Assembly (NCBI GenBank): GCA_013812505.1
Contig: JACCTH010000043.1
Location: 3,008-67,007, forward strand
Reading direction: 5' to 3'
Source of the DNA: Acidimicrobiia bacterium
GTDB lineage: Bacteria > Actinomycetota > Acidimicrobiia > Spongiisociales > ZC4RG35
DNA: 64,000 nucleotides
Numbering within the stretch: position 1 is the first letter of the stretch; each line of letters starts with the position of its first letter. A program made the translations under genes and the position numbers. The notes under the pieces are model-generated. The model worked only from the letters and a program-made list of their open reading frames with translations, ran no database searches and had not been told where the DNA came from. Shown piece by piece: positions 33,675 to 42,784 of the stretch.

Positions 33675-36256
33675 CCTCTCTGCCCACGGGTGTCGTCACC
33701 TTCGTCTTCACCGACATCGAGGGGTCGACACGGCTGCTCAATGAGCTGGCATCTGGCTACAAGGACCTCGTCGAGAGACACAGCGACATCATCAAGTCGG
33801 CGGTCGAAAAGGCTGGGGGTCTTGTGGTGTCAACGGAAGGGGACTCGTTCTTCCTCGTTTTCACCTCGCCAACCGACGCCATACGGGCGATTGGCCAGTT
33901 TCAAAACGATCTGGCCGCCGAACCCTGGAGCAACGACCGGAAGGTGGCAGTACGCGTCGGGGTCCACACCGGAGAAGGGGCCCTCGGGGGCGAGAACTAC
34001 TGGGGAGTCGACGTGCACCGCGCCGCCCGGATCGCCGCCTCCGGTCATGGCGGCCAGGTTCTTCTCTCCGGCGTCACCGCTGCCCTCGCGGCGCCGCACG
34101 TGCCGCCGATGTTCGCGCTGAGGAGCCTGGGCATACATCGATTTAAGGACTTGGCCGAAGGCGAAGAGGTCTACCAACTACTCATCGAAGGGTTGCCCGC
34201 TGAATTCGGACCGCTCACGTCACTGCCGAGAACAAATCACAACCTTCCCGTCCAGTTGACCTCATTCGTCCACCGGGCCGAGCTGGTTCAGGTCGGAGAG
34301 CTCCTCTCTTCCTCGCGCTTGGTGACGCTCACCGGTCCTGGTGGCACCGGCAAAACTCGACTCGCCATCCAGGCCGGCGCCGAGGAGATCGATCGACATC
34401 GCGACGGCGTCTGGTTCGTTCCGCTTGCCGCCATCACCGACCACGAGCTGGTGACTTCAGCCGTAGCCTCGGTCCTCTCGCTGCAACTCCCCGAACGTCT
34501 GCCTGACGAGCGGCTGGGCGAGCTGCTCAACCGAAAGCAGATGCTCCTGATTCTCGACAACTTCGAGCAGGTCTTGAAGGCCGCGGAAAGCGTCGCCACC
34601 TGGCTGCACCACGCTCACGACCTGAAAATCCTCGTGACTTCGCGCTCCCCTTTGCACATCTCCGGAGAACGCGAATTCGCCGTCCCGGCGCTCGACTTAG
34701 ACAGTGAAGCCGTGGCGCTTTTCGTCGAGCGAGCGCAAGCGGCACGGCCCGGATTCATCATCGATGAGGACAATGCCTCCACCATTGCCCGAATTGTGGC
34801 CCGGCTCGATGGGCTGCCATTAGCGATCGAGCTCGCCGCCGCCCGTCTCCGGATCTTTTCGCTGGAAGCTATGTCCGAACGGCTCGGCTCCCGTCTCGGA
34901 CTTTTGACCGGCGGTGCTCGCGACCTTCCGGAACGCCAGCGGACGCTCCGGAAAGCGATCGAGTGGAGCTTCGACCTGCTTGAGCCCGAAAGCCAAAACC
35001 TTTTCACCCAGGCCGGCGTTTTCACCGGAGGACTCGCCTTGGAAGAAGCCGAGTTCGTGCTGGGGTCCAGCTACCCGCATGATCTCTTAGAGGGGCTCGA
35101 AGCCCTGGTCGATCAAAGCTTGCTGCGGCCGATTGTCGACGCGTCGACGCCTCGTTTCTTGATGTTGGAAACGATTCGGGAGTTGGCGGCTGAGCAGCTG
35201 GAGCCGCACCCCTCCTCCGACAAGATACGAGCCCGGCATGCGGAGGCGTATCTGAGCTTGGCGGAAAGAGCGGCGCCCCACCTCACCCAAGACGACCAGC
35301 GCTGGTGGCTCGACCGGATCAGCGAGGATCACGAGAATATGCGGGCAGCGTTGTCATTCTCGATCGCCGACGAAGATGCCGAGACGGCGCAGAGAATGTG
35401 TGGTGCGCTTTGGCGGTTCTGGCAGATGCGTGGCTTTCTCAGCGAAGGAAGAGTCCGGACCGATTCTGCGCTGGCTTTGGCGGGAGGCACGCCGCGCAGC
35501 CGGCTCCGGGCACTGGAAGCAGCGGGCGGGTTGGCCTACTGGCAGGCAGATGGTCCGGCCGCACACCGCTATTACGAAGAACAGGTGAGTGTTGCTCGCC
35601 AGCTCGGCGACAGACGAGAGCTGGCCTACGCCCTTTACAACCGTTCCTCAGCTGGCTGGCCCGAAACTGGCCTCGCGTTGGATCAGCTCGACGAAGCTGT
35701 GAAAATTGCCGAAGAGGTGGGCGACGCCACCTTGTTGGGAACCGTCTATTGGGGATTGGGGAGCATTCATTTCCTTGGCACCGGGTCCGACCACCCCCAA
35801 CGCACCGAGCACTTGGCGAAGGCGATCGACGCCCTCACCCGTGCCGAGGCCTTCCTGGCAGAGACAGGCTCAAGCTTTCAGATCGGGTGGACCGACAACA
35901 TGCTCGCGTTCTGCCTGCTAAACGACAATCGGCCGCATGAGGCGATTCTCCACCTGCGCGCCGGGCTGAAGCGTTTTGTCGCCGCCGGCGATCTTTCGGC
36001 CCTCCCCCTCCAGATCGCTTCGTACGCTGAGTACGTGCTCCAATTGGGGAATGTGGATTTGGGCGTCAAGCTGGCGGGAGCGAGTGAAGCTTTCCAGCGG
36101 CGCAGCGAGACGAGACTGCTCGACATCTCGGTCAACGAGGTTAGCGGAGCCCGGCAAGCCATTAGTGATCTCCGGCCAGCTCGGTCTGCGGCGTTGCTCG
36201 CCGAGGGGGCGGCGCTGACGGTCGACCAAACCCTCGAGATCGTCGACAAGCTCTGA
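33671..36256 (+). CDS. Class III adenylate/guanylate cyclase fused to STAND/AAA ATPase and TPR-like C-terminal region
   Basis: VTFVFTDIEGSTRL...EGDSFFLVF...VRVGVHTGE...GVDVHRAARI. P-loop LTGPGGTGKTRLA. Long helical-repeat C-terminus. GTGA overlap with the upstream stop. No LuxR HTH seen. Confidence 0.82.
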   Translation: MTSLPTGVVTFVFTDIEGSTRLLNELASGYKDLVERHSDIIKSAVEKAGGLVVSTEGDSFFLVFTSPTDAIRAIGQFQNDLAAEPWSNDRKVAVRVGVHTGEGALGGENYWGVDVHRAARIAASGHGGQVLLSGVTAALAAPHVPPMFALRSLGIHRFKDLAEGEEVYQLLIEGLPAEFGPLTSLPRTNHNLPVQLTSFVHRAELVQVGELLSSSRLVTLTGPGGTGKTRLAIQAGAEEIDRHRDGVWFVPLAAITDHELVTSAVASVLSLQLPERLPDERLGELLNRKQMLLILDNFEQVLKAAESVATWLHHAHDLKILVTSRSPLHISGEREFAVPALDLDSEAVALFVERAQAARPGFIIDEDNASTIARIVARLDGLPLAIELAAARLRIFSLEAMSERLGSRLGLLTGGARDLPERQRTLRKAIEWSFDLLEPESQNLFTQAGVFTGGLALEEAEFVLGSSYPHDLLEGLEALVDQSLLRPIVDASTPRFLMLETIRELAAEQLEPHPSSDKIRARHAEAYLSLAERAAPHLTQDDQRWWLDRISEDHENMRAALSFSIADEDAETAQRMCGALWRFWQMRGFLSEGRVRTDSALALAGGTPRSRLRALEAAGGLAYWQADGPAAHRYYEEQVSVARQLGDRRELAYALYNRSSAGWPETGLALDQLDEAVKIAEEVGDATLLGTVYWGLGSIHFLGTGSDHPQRTEHLAKAIDALTRAEAFLAETGSSFQIGWTDNMLAFCLLNDNRPHEAILHLRAGLKRFVAAGDLSALPLQIASYAEYVLQLGNVDLGVKLAGASEAFQRRSETRLLDISVNEVSGARQAISDLRPARSAALLAEGAALTVDQTLEIVDKL

Positions 36257-36299
36257 CTTGGGCTTTTTAGCCACTCAAGGCGCCTAGAGTTTCTCTGGG

Positions 36300-37832
36300 A
36301 TGATGGTTGGCGTGGGCTCGGAGAGGTGGGCTGCCCGCCCCAAGCGGGTGTGGTTTCTACGCGTCCTGTCGGTCCTGCTTCCCCTCGCCGCCGCCTATAC
36401 AGCCGCCAGCGTGGTCGGGGCCCTCTTGCCGGCGCCAACAGGGTGGTGGTGGTTGGCGGTCGCCGTCGCCGGCGTTCTGGCAGCTTGGGTGAGCCTTCCC
36501 TGGAGTAGTCGCCTACAGCTCCTGGCAATGACTTATGAGATCGAGCTTCTCTTTCCCGATCGGGCGCCGGAGCGTGTCGAGGTCGTCAGGCTGGTGGGAC
36601 GACCCGAGTTGTTGCGTTCGCCTCCGGGACAAACTTCCAACGCAGCGGCCTTCGTCATGGCGATGGTCCTGTCACTCCGGCGGAATCACTCCCGAAACAA
36701 TCGCCATCCCTACCGCGTCGCGGCCTTGACCGAACTCATCGGCCGCCAGCTCGATCTCAATGAGGCGGAGCTGGACCGCCTCCGTTGGGCGGCCATAAGT
36801 TATGAGATCGGCAAGCTCGCTCTCCCTCCCGAGCTGGCGACCCCGGAGCTGAGCCTCGAGCAGTCCGAGCTTCTTTCGACCTTTCCGACCACAGGAACCC
36901 GAATGCTCGGAGCTCTTACCGAATGGCTTGGCCCTTCGACGAGAGCGGTCGCTCATCACACTGAGAACTGGGACGGGTCCGGCCACCCCTACGGGCTGAA
37001 GGGTGAGGAGATTCCACTAGCGGCGCGAGTGGTCACGGTGGCGGTGACTTTCGACCATCTCGTCAATGGTGCGCTCGACTACCACGCGGCACGGCGACAG
37101 ATCGCGGGCGGAGCCGCCTCGGACTTCGACCCCGAGGTCGTTCGCGCTCTACTGAGCGTTGACGAAGCCGAGCTGCGGTCCGTCGCCGGGCTCTCGGCGC
37201 CGCTTCGACAGCTGGCCGCCCTGCGGCCGGGCCCGGTGGGTGCCCTCGTTGCCACCTTTTTCTTGATCACAGGGATGGCCCTGACCGGATCGCTGCTCCC
37301 CCGGGCCGCCTATTCGGTTCGCGTCGATGAGCTGCTGTCCTTTCTCGAAACGACCTCGACGAGCGCATCGATTTCTGCACAGGCGACAACAACACCGCTG
37401 CTCGCGTCGACCACTGAAGGCAACGATCCATCGACCACCTCGGCGACGTCGATCGGTGGATTGCCGAGCTCAACCACTGGAAGCTCTGCACCTGGGACGA
37501 CGGTTCCTGCCTCGGAAATCAGGCGGCCAGGGGCCACCACTTCCACCACCCGGCCGGGCTCCACGACCTCCACCGCCTCGACCACGTCGATCCCCGGCGT
37601 GACGACCACGGCCGGAGCCACGACCACAGCGCCAACCACCACGACCACCCGCCCGCCGGTTACGACGACGACCCAGGCGCCGACCACGACCCAAGCACCA
37701 ACGACGACCACCACCCTCGAGCCAACCACCACGACCCTCGAGCCGACCACCACCACCCTCGAGCCAACCACCACCACCCTCGAGCCAACCACCACCACCC
37801 TCGAGCCAACCACGACAACAGAGGTCCCCTAA
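36300..37832 (+). CDS. Membrane HD-GYP-like domain protein (degenerate metal ligands) with Thr-rich repetitive C-terminal tail
   Basis: HPYRVAAL...ISYEIGKLALP...HHTENWDGSGHPYGL...VTFDHL aligns to the HD-GYP layout, but HD is replaced by YE and HHE by HHT. TM segments at the N-terminus and before a ~170-aa T/P/S tail. Confidence 0.75.
   Translation: MMVGVGSERWAARPKRVWFLRVLSVLLPLAAAYTAASVVGALLPAPTGWWWLAVAVAGVLAAWVSLPWSSRLQLLAMTYEIELLFPDRAPERVEVVRLVGRPELLRSPPGQTSNAAAFVMAMVLSLRRNHSRNNRHPYRVAALTELIGRQLDLNEAELDRLRWAAISYEIGKLALPPELATPELSLEQSELLSTFPTTGTRMLGALTEWLGPSTRAVAHHTENWDGSGHPYGLKGEEIPLAARVVTVAVTFDHLVNGALDYHAARRQIAGGAASDFDPEVVRALLSVDEAELRSVAGLSAPLRQLAALRPGPVGALVATFFLITGMALTGSLLPRAAYSVRVDELLSFLETTSTSASISAQATTTPLLASTTEGNDPSTTSATSIGGLPSSTTGSSAPGTTVPASEIRRPGATTSTTRPGSTTSTASTTSIPGVTTTAGATTTAPTTTTTRPPVTTTTQAPTTTQAPTTTTTLEPTTTTLEPTTTTLEPTTTTLEPTTTTLEPTTTTEVP
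37716..37820 (+). repeat. Five tandem copies of a 21-bp unit ctcgagccaaccaccaccacc (encodes LEPTTTT)
   Basis: Units start at 37716, 37737, 37758, 37779 and 37800; near-identical; each contains CTCGAG. Confidence 0.9.
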
Positions 37833-37840
37833 CTGGGCGC

Positions 37841-38617
37841 GTGACCTGCGATCATCGGCCCATGCGCGCCGAGGATGTTCACGACTTCATCTCCTTCCGC
37901 GATCCTGACGAGAACCGCACCTGGCTCTTCGATGCGACCTTCCTTCGTTCGTCGTGGCTGTGCATCTTTGGACGAGGTTGCCAGGGGATCTACACGACGC
38001 CAACGCCCGAGCTCTCCCAGGGATGCTGTTCGATGGGAGCGTGGTTCACCGACGAAGAAGATGTGGCCAAAGTCGAACGCCATGCCGCGCTGCTTACCGA
38101 CGACAACTGGCAGTTTCGCAAGAAGGCGGGGACGAAGATCTGGCGACAGCGAGGCGATGACCAGACATCGCGGCTCGTCGACGATGCGTGCATCTTTCTC
38201 AATCGTCCGGATTTCAAACGCGGCGCGGGCTGTGCACTCCACCTCGGCGCTCTTGACGCCGGAGAACGGCCTCTCGAATGGAAACCGAATGTCTGCTGGC
38301 AACTACCCCTGCGGCTCGAAGAGGACACCGACGGTCATGGCCACATCACCTCCGTGCTTCGTGAATGGAAGCGGCGGGACTGGGGTGACGGCGGCGCTGA
38401 GTTTGCGTGGTGGTGCACCGACAGCCCCCTGGCCTTTGTCGGTGGCGAGCCGGTCTACGAAAGTCTGAAGGACGAGATCATCGAAATGATCGGCAACAAG
38501 GCCTATGCGCTCTTGGTCGAGCAGTTGAACCGGCCCCAGCCACTTCCCCACCCGGCTCTGCGAAAAAAGGACAAGGCCCGCCGCTCACGAATCCCGGTGA
38601 CGCCGGTCCAAGGCTGA
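37841..38617 (+). CDS. Conserved-looking cysteine-rich hypothetical protein
   Basis: 258 aa. Cys motifs CIFGRGCQG, GCCSMGAW, DACIFLN, GCALH and CWQLP. Basic C-terminal tail. Start is GTG 37841 or ATG 37862. Confidence 0.6.
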   Translation: MTCDHRPMRAEDVHDFISFRDPDENRTWLFDATFLRSSWLCIFGRGCQGIYTTPTPELSQGCCSMGAWFTDEEDVAKVERHAALLTDDNWQFRKKAGTKIWRQRGDDQTSRLVDDACIFLNRPDFKRGAGCALHLGALDAGERPLEWKPNVCWQLPLRLEEDTDGHGHITSVLREWKRRDWGDGGAEFAWWCTDSPLAFVGGEPVYESLKDEIIEMIGNKAYALLVEQLNRPQPLPHPALRKKDKARRSRIPVTPVQG

Positions 38618-38629
38618 CGTTCCTCCCCC

Positions 38630-38680
38630 GTTTTCGCGACTAAATCGGTACCTCAGACGGACCGATTCGGTAGCGAAAAC
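38630..38680. terminator. Bidirectional hairpin filling the gap between convergent genes
   Basis: gttttcgc..aatcggt-loop-accgatt..gcgaaaac: 8-bp outer and 7-bp inner stems with an internal loop. Confidence 0.45.
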
Positions 38681-38683
38681 GCA

Positions 38684-39238
38684 TCAGGGCTGCTTGCGAA
38701 ACAGGCCCTTTACCCAGGAGACAAGGCTTGTCAAGAAGAGCCGAAAGGGTTTGACATCAGCCGCCTTTATCTCCGAGGCCGCCGCCTCGGAGGGGGCTGC
38801 CATCTTGGCTTCGAGGCAGCCGGCAAAGTCGGTGATGAGCCGGCGGCTCATCTCATTGATCAGACCGGTGCGACCGAACTGGGCGGCGGGGCCTGCAAGG
38901 GTGATGTCGGCATCGATCTTGACGTTGGTGCCTGAGCCAGCGGCGGTGAGGAAGTAGTTCACCTTGACCTGTCCGCGGCTTCCACCCCGTTTGTCGACTC
39001 CTTTGCCGTCGATAAGAGCGGTGCGGTTGGCGGGGTCAGAGGTGACGTTGGCTTCGCCCTCGAAAGTTGCCGCGATCGGGCCGAGCTTCACTGAGATGTT
39101 GCCGGCGTACACCCCTCCGCCTTTGTCCTCGGTGAGGGTCGCACCCGGCAGGCACTCGGCGACGGCAGGAACGTCTTGAAACTGCTCCCAGACCGCCTCG
39201 ACCGGCCGATCGACAGTGAACTCCTGGGTGATCTTCAT
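38684..39238 (-). CDS. coxG: SRPBCC-fold CoxG-like protein
   Basis: MKITQEFTVDRPVEAVWEQFQDVPAVAECLPGA...GNISVKLGPIAATFEGEA is the CoxG pattern. ATG 39238 chosen. Confidence 0.78.
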   Translation of the reverse strand: MKITQEFTVDRPVEAVWEQFQDVPAVAECLPGATLTEDKGGGVYAGNISVKLGPIAATFEGEANVTSDPANRTALIDGKGVDKRGGSRGQVKVNYFLTAAGSGTNVKIDADITLAGPAAQFGRTGLINEMSRRLITDFAGCLEAKMAAPSEAAASEIKAADVKPFRLFLTSLVSWVKGLFRKQP

Positions 39239-39245
39239 CGGCTCT

Positions 39246-40292
39246 CTACGGTAACGGGCGCCAGCCGGCCGGGCCCTTTTTCTCGACCAGCGGTCCGCCT
39301 TGGCGATTTCGCCGCACCGCCATGATCTCCGAAAGGATCGACCAGGCGATCTCGATGGGCCCGTCGGCCCCAACGTCAAGCCCCGCGGGACCATAGATCC
39401 GATCGGTGGGGTCGGGGACAAGACCACGAGCGTTGAGGTCTTTCAGCATCCTCTCCAGCCGCTCGCCGGGGCCGAGGCAGCCGATGTAGGCCGCGCCTTT
39501 TCCCAGAAGCGAGCCGAGGAAGTCGACGTCCCGCAGGTAGTTGTGCGACATGACTACGAAAGCAGTGCGATCGTCGACTTCGATGCGCTCCGAGAGCTCG
39601 GCCGGAGCGCACTGGATCAAACGGTCGGCCTCCGGGAAGCGCTCGCGGGTCAGGAAGGCTCGGCGGTCGTCGACCACCGTCACTTCGTGCCCGAGCTCCT
39701 TTCCCAGCCGGACCAGAGGAACTGCATCGTGACCCGCTCCGCACACCACCAGCCGGGGCGGTGCTGAGTTGACCTCCAGCAAATAGTCGACTCCCTCCCG
39801 GTGGAGCCGCCGGTGACGGCCGTCGCGCATCGCCGCGGCCACCTCGGTTCCCCAGCCCGGGTCGACTTCGCTGATCGCCTGATGGCGGCCGATCTCCGGC
39901 CCGGAAAGGGTGTGCAGGATCGCCACCGGCCGCTCGCTGATGACCGTCGAGAATTGCGCGGCAGAGTTGGCCGACTCGATCAGCAACTCGGTGACCCCAT
40001 TGCAACCGATCCCCCAACCCCAAACGGCTTCGTCATCCGCGGTGAGATCGAACTTCACTAGTCGCGGTTCGGCGTCACGTCCCATCTCGGCGGCAATCGC
40101 GATCAGATCGTTGTCGAGACAGCCCCCGGAGACAGTCCCCACCATGGTCCCGTCGGCCGAAACCAGTTGGCGCGCCGCCAAACCTCGATAGGTCGAACCT
40201 CGCACACCGACCACGGTCGTCAGGACGAAATCGATCTGGCGCCGATTCCAATCGGGAATGGTGGGGAGAACGTCCTCGGTCATCAACCCCAA
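39246..40292 (-). CDS. xdhC: XdhC/CoxI family molybdoenzyme maturation factor
   Basis: VLTTVVGVRGSTYRG...GTVSGGCLD in the N-domain and LVVCGAGHDAVPLVRLGKELGHEVTVVDDR in the Rossmann-like C-domain. Confidence 0.82.
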   Translation of the reverse strand: MGLMTEDVLPTIPDWNRRQIDFVLTTVVGVRGSTYRGLAARQLVSADGTMVGTVSGGCLDNDLIAIAAEMGRDAEPRLVKFDLTADDEAVWGWGIGCNGVTELLIESANSAAQFSTVISERPVAILHTLSGPEIGRHQAISEVDPGWGTEVAAAMRDGRHRRLHREGVDYLLEVNSAPPRLVVCGAGHDAVPLVRLGKELGHEVTVVDDRRAFLTRERFPEADRLIQCAPAELSERIEVDDRTAFVVMSHNYLRDVDFLGSLLGKGAAYIGCLGPGERLERMLKDLNARGLVPDPTDRIYGPAGLDVGADGPIEIAWSILSEIMAVRRNRQGGPLVEKKGPAGWRPLP

Positions 40293-40304
40293 ACTTAGGC
40301 GGGT

Positions 40305-40775
40305 CTAGTGGCCGGTGTCACCGCCGAGCAGATCGAGCGCATGCGACAGCACCGCTGACAGCGCCTCGAAACCCTCCTCGACGGCTCGCGGGCTGCCGGG
40401 CAGGTTGACAATCAAGGAGGACCCTTTCACCCCAACCACGGCACGGGACAAGGCGGCCATCGGAGTCGATTCGAGCCCTTTGCTCACGAGAAGATGGCTG
40501 AGACCGGGAACGACGCGCTCGACCACCTGCATGGTCGCCTCGGGCGTGACATCACGCGGTCCGAGACCCGTGCCACCGGTGGTCATGATCAGGCGGGCAT
40601 CGACAGCGAGCCTCTGGAGAGCTTGAGTTATCGCCTCGATCTCGTCGGGCACGACCTCGTGGTCGGTCACCTCGAAGCCGGCCCTCCCCAAGAGCTCGAC
40701 TAAGAGCTCGCCAGAAGCGTCTTGACGAGTTCCAGCAGTCACCCCATCAGAGACGGTGACCACCGCCGCCCTCAC
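40305..40775 (-). CDS. mog: MogA/MoaB-type molybdopterin adenylyltransferase
   Basis: AAVVTVSDG...[16 protein letters not shown]...LPGSPRA. GTG 40775 forms a GTGA overlap with the upstream stop. Confidence 0.82.
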   Translation of the reverse strand: MRAAVVTVSDGVTAGTRQDASGELLVELLGRAGFEVTDHEVVPDEIEAITQALQRLAVDARLIMTTGGTGLGPRDVTPEATMQVVERVVPGLSHLLVSKGLESTPMAALSRAVVGVKGSSLIVNLPGSPRAVEEGFEALSAVLSHALDLLGGDTGH

Positions 40776-41635
40776 GAAACGAAGAACGTTTCCGGGTCGG
40801 GTGGGATTGGAATCCCGCGGGCGAGGGCGAAGCGGAACACCACAAACAGGATCACCACCGCCGCGACCAAACCCCAACTGAACCGTCGGGCCGTCGTGTG
40901 TGGGTCGTGTTCGACGGCTTTGCTCCCAGGTGCAGACAAAAGCGTCGCGGCTGTGAAGAGACCAAAGAGCGGGATGGCGGACACGAGCCCGCTACCGGTG
41001 TCGGGCACGAAGAACAACACCGCCAGCAAGGCACCGGCCAGACCGCCTCCCAAACCGATCCGCGCTACGAAGCCGACACGCCGCGGCGGGGTGGCGATCT
41101 CACTGCGCGAAGTGGCGAACGCCAGAAACGCCGGGGCCGCAGCCAAGGAGACCAAGAGCAGGCCAATTGCTCCACCCACTCCAACAACCATGTCGATCCC
41201 CGCCGGCAGATCGAAGTGGGTCAAGGCGAGAGCAACGTCGCTCTGTCTGTCGACCCCCGCCAGCGCCATGGGCACGAATCCTTGCCGGAAGCAGTGCAGG
41301 ATCAGCCAGAGCACGCAAAGACGGGCCGGGTCGTGGCGGCGACTAGCCGGATAGATGGCGAGGAAGGACGCTCCGACAATCAGGGCGGCGAGAGCGCCGC
41401 CGGCGAGGGCCAGCGGGTTGTCACCAGTGAGGAACTCAACCCGGTCGTGGTAGATGATCGGGTCCCGGTCGACGAGCCAGCCCACGATGAATCTGCCAAG
41501 CGAGTCGGCGAGGACGGCGATGACAATCCCAACGGTGGAGGCAAGGGCCGAATTGACGAGCAAGGTCACCCCGGTCGGGCGGTCACTCCCGTCGACAATT
41601 GTGGTCAGCCGCTGCTCGGCGATCGTTGCAGGCAT
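40772..41635 (-). CDS. Polytopic membrane protein, unknown function
   Basis: 287 aa with about 7 hydrophobic segments. No recognisable motif. Confidence 0.6.
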   Translation of the reverse strand: MPATIAEQRLTTIVDGSDRPTGVTLLVNSALASTVGIVIAVLADSLGRFIVGWLVDRDPIIYHDRVEFLTGDNPLALAGGALAALIVGASFLAIYPASRRHDPARLCVLWLILHCFRQGFVPMALAGVDRQSDVALALTHFDLPAGIDMVVGVGGAIGLLLVSLAAAPAFLAFATSRSEIATPPRRVGFVARIGLGGGLAGALLAVLFFVPDTGSGLVSAIPLFGLFTAATLLSAPGSKAVEHDPHTTARRFSWGLVAAVVILFVVFRFALARGIPIPPDPETFFVS

Positions 41636-41665
41636 CCTAAAACTTCGACCAATCTCGACCGAAGA

Positions 41666-42757
41666 TCAAACGGTTTCCAAGTCCTCGAGACTTTCCGATT
41701 CGATGACGTCGTGGCGGCTTATGACAGTCGAGATCACTGCCTGGATAGTGGCGGTGAGCGGCAGAGCCAGAATGGCGCCGACGCCTCCCAGCAGGCTGGC
41801 CCCTGCGATCACCGCCCCGATCGACACCGCCGGATGGATCGACATGGTTCGGCTGGTGATCCTCGGGGCGATGAGGTAGTTCTCTAGTTGCTGGTATCCG
41901 ATGAGCGCCACCACTACCCACAAGCCTTTGATCGGGCTCACCGCCATCCCCGCAATCGCCGGCAGGACGAGACCTAGATACGTACCGACGACGGGGATGA
42001 ATTGGGAGATGACACCCATCCAGACGGCCAGCGGAAGGGGCGAGGGGACCCCGATGATGGCCAAAGCTCCCCAGGTGAAAAATGCGCACACGATCGCCAA
42101 CAGTGCCCGCGAGTAGACGTATTGACCTGTCTTCTCGACTGCCGTGTCCCAGGTCGAAAGCGCCCGCTCTTGCCGTTTGGCGGAAAGAGTGGAAAGGAGC
42201 AACCGCCGCCAGGTCGGGCCTTCGGCGAGCAGGTAGTAGCCAAAGAGGGTGACGGATGCGAGTTGGAAGATGAGACCGAAGACCGTGTTGCCGACCGCCA
42301 AGAGCCCCCCGGCCACCTGCGACCCGTACTGCTCGATTAGCGAGCCCAGGTCCGAGAAGTCGGCCCCGATCTCTGGGACAGAGAGCTCGAGGCCAAACGT
42401 GGCGTTCGCCCAGGTCGTGAGCGATTCGGCATAACCCGGCAAGTTCTCTATCAGCATTGTGCCTTGGGTGACCAAAACCGGCACGAGGAGGAAGAGAAAA
42501 CCGGCAAAGAGGACCCCGGAGGCGGCGAACACCACCGCGGCGGCAACCCGCCGGCGCCAGTTTCGCTTGACCAGAGCCTGCACGGCCGGTTCGAGGGCCA
42601 CCGCGAGGAAAAGCGCCAGGAACACGAAGTAGAGAAGGGTGCGGATCTGGTACGTGATCCAAAGGGCGACAACGGCTAGGAGCAGAACGCCGACCACGAT
42701 CCAAACTGCACGAGCCAGCCAGTCGGGCGGCCTTTTCCGATTGGGGAGTGCTACCAC
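41666..42757 (-). CDS. AI-2E (PerM/UPF0118) family transporter
   Basis: 363 aa. The topology and the C-terminal region FIPVVGTYLG...GLWVVVALIGYQQLENYLIAPRI are typical of the family. Confidence 0.8.
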   Translation of the reverse strand: MVALPNRKRPPDWLARAVWIVVGVLLLAVVALWITYQIRTLLYFVFLALFLAVALEPAVQALVKRNWRRRVAAAVVFAASGVLFAGFLFLLVPVLVTQGTMLIENLPGYAESLTTWANATFGLELSVPEIGADFSDLGSLIEQYGSQVAGGLLAVGNTVFGLIFQLASVTLFGYYLLAEGPTWRRLLLSTLSAKRQERALSTWDTAVEKTGQYVYSRALLAIVCAFFTWGALAIIGVPSPLPLAVWMGVISQFIPVVGTYLGLVLPAIAGMAVSPIKGLWVVVALIGYQQLENYLIAPRITSRTMSIHPAVSIGAVIAGASLLGGVGAILALPLTATIQAVISTVISRHDVIESESLEDLETV

Positions 42758-42784
42758 TGCGGGCTCAGGCTACCGGAGGGCGCT

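Noticed and set aside
37310-37813. 167-aa minus-strand ORF with a VVVVGSR repeat
   Set aside because: It is the antisense reading of the Thr-rich 21-bp tandem repeat in the HD-GYP-like gene.
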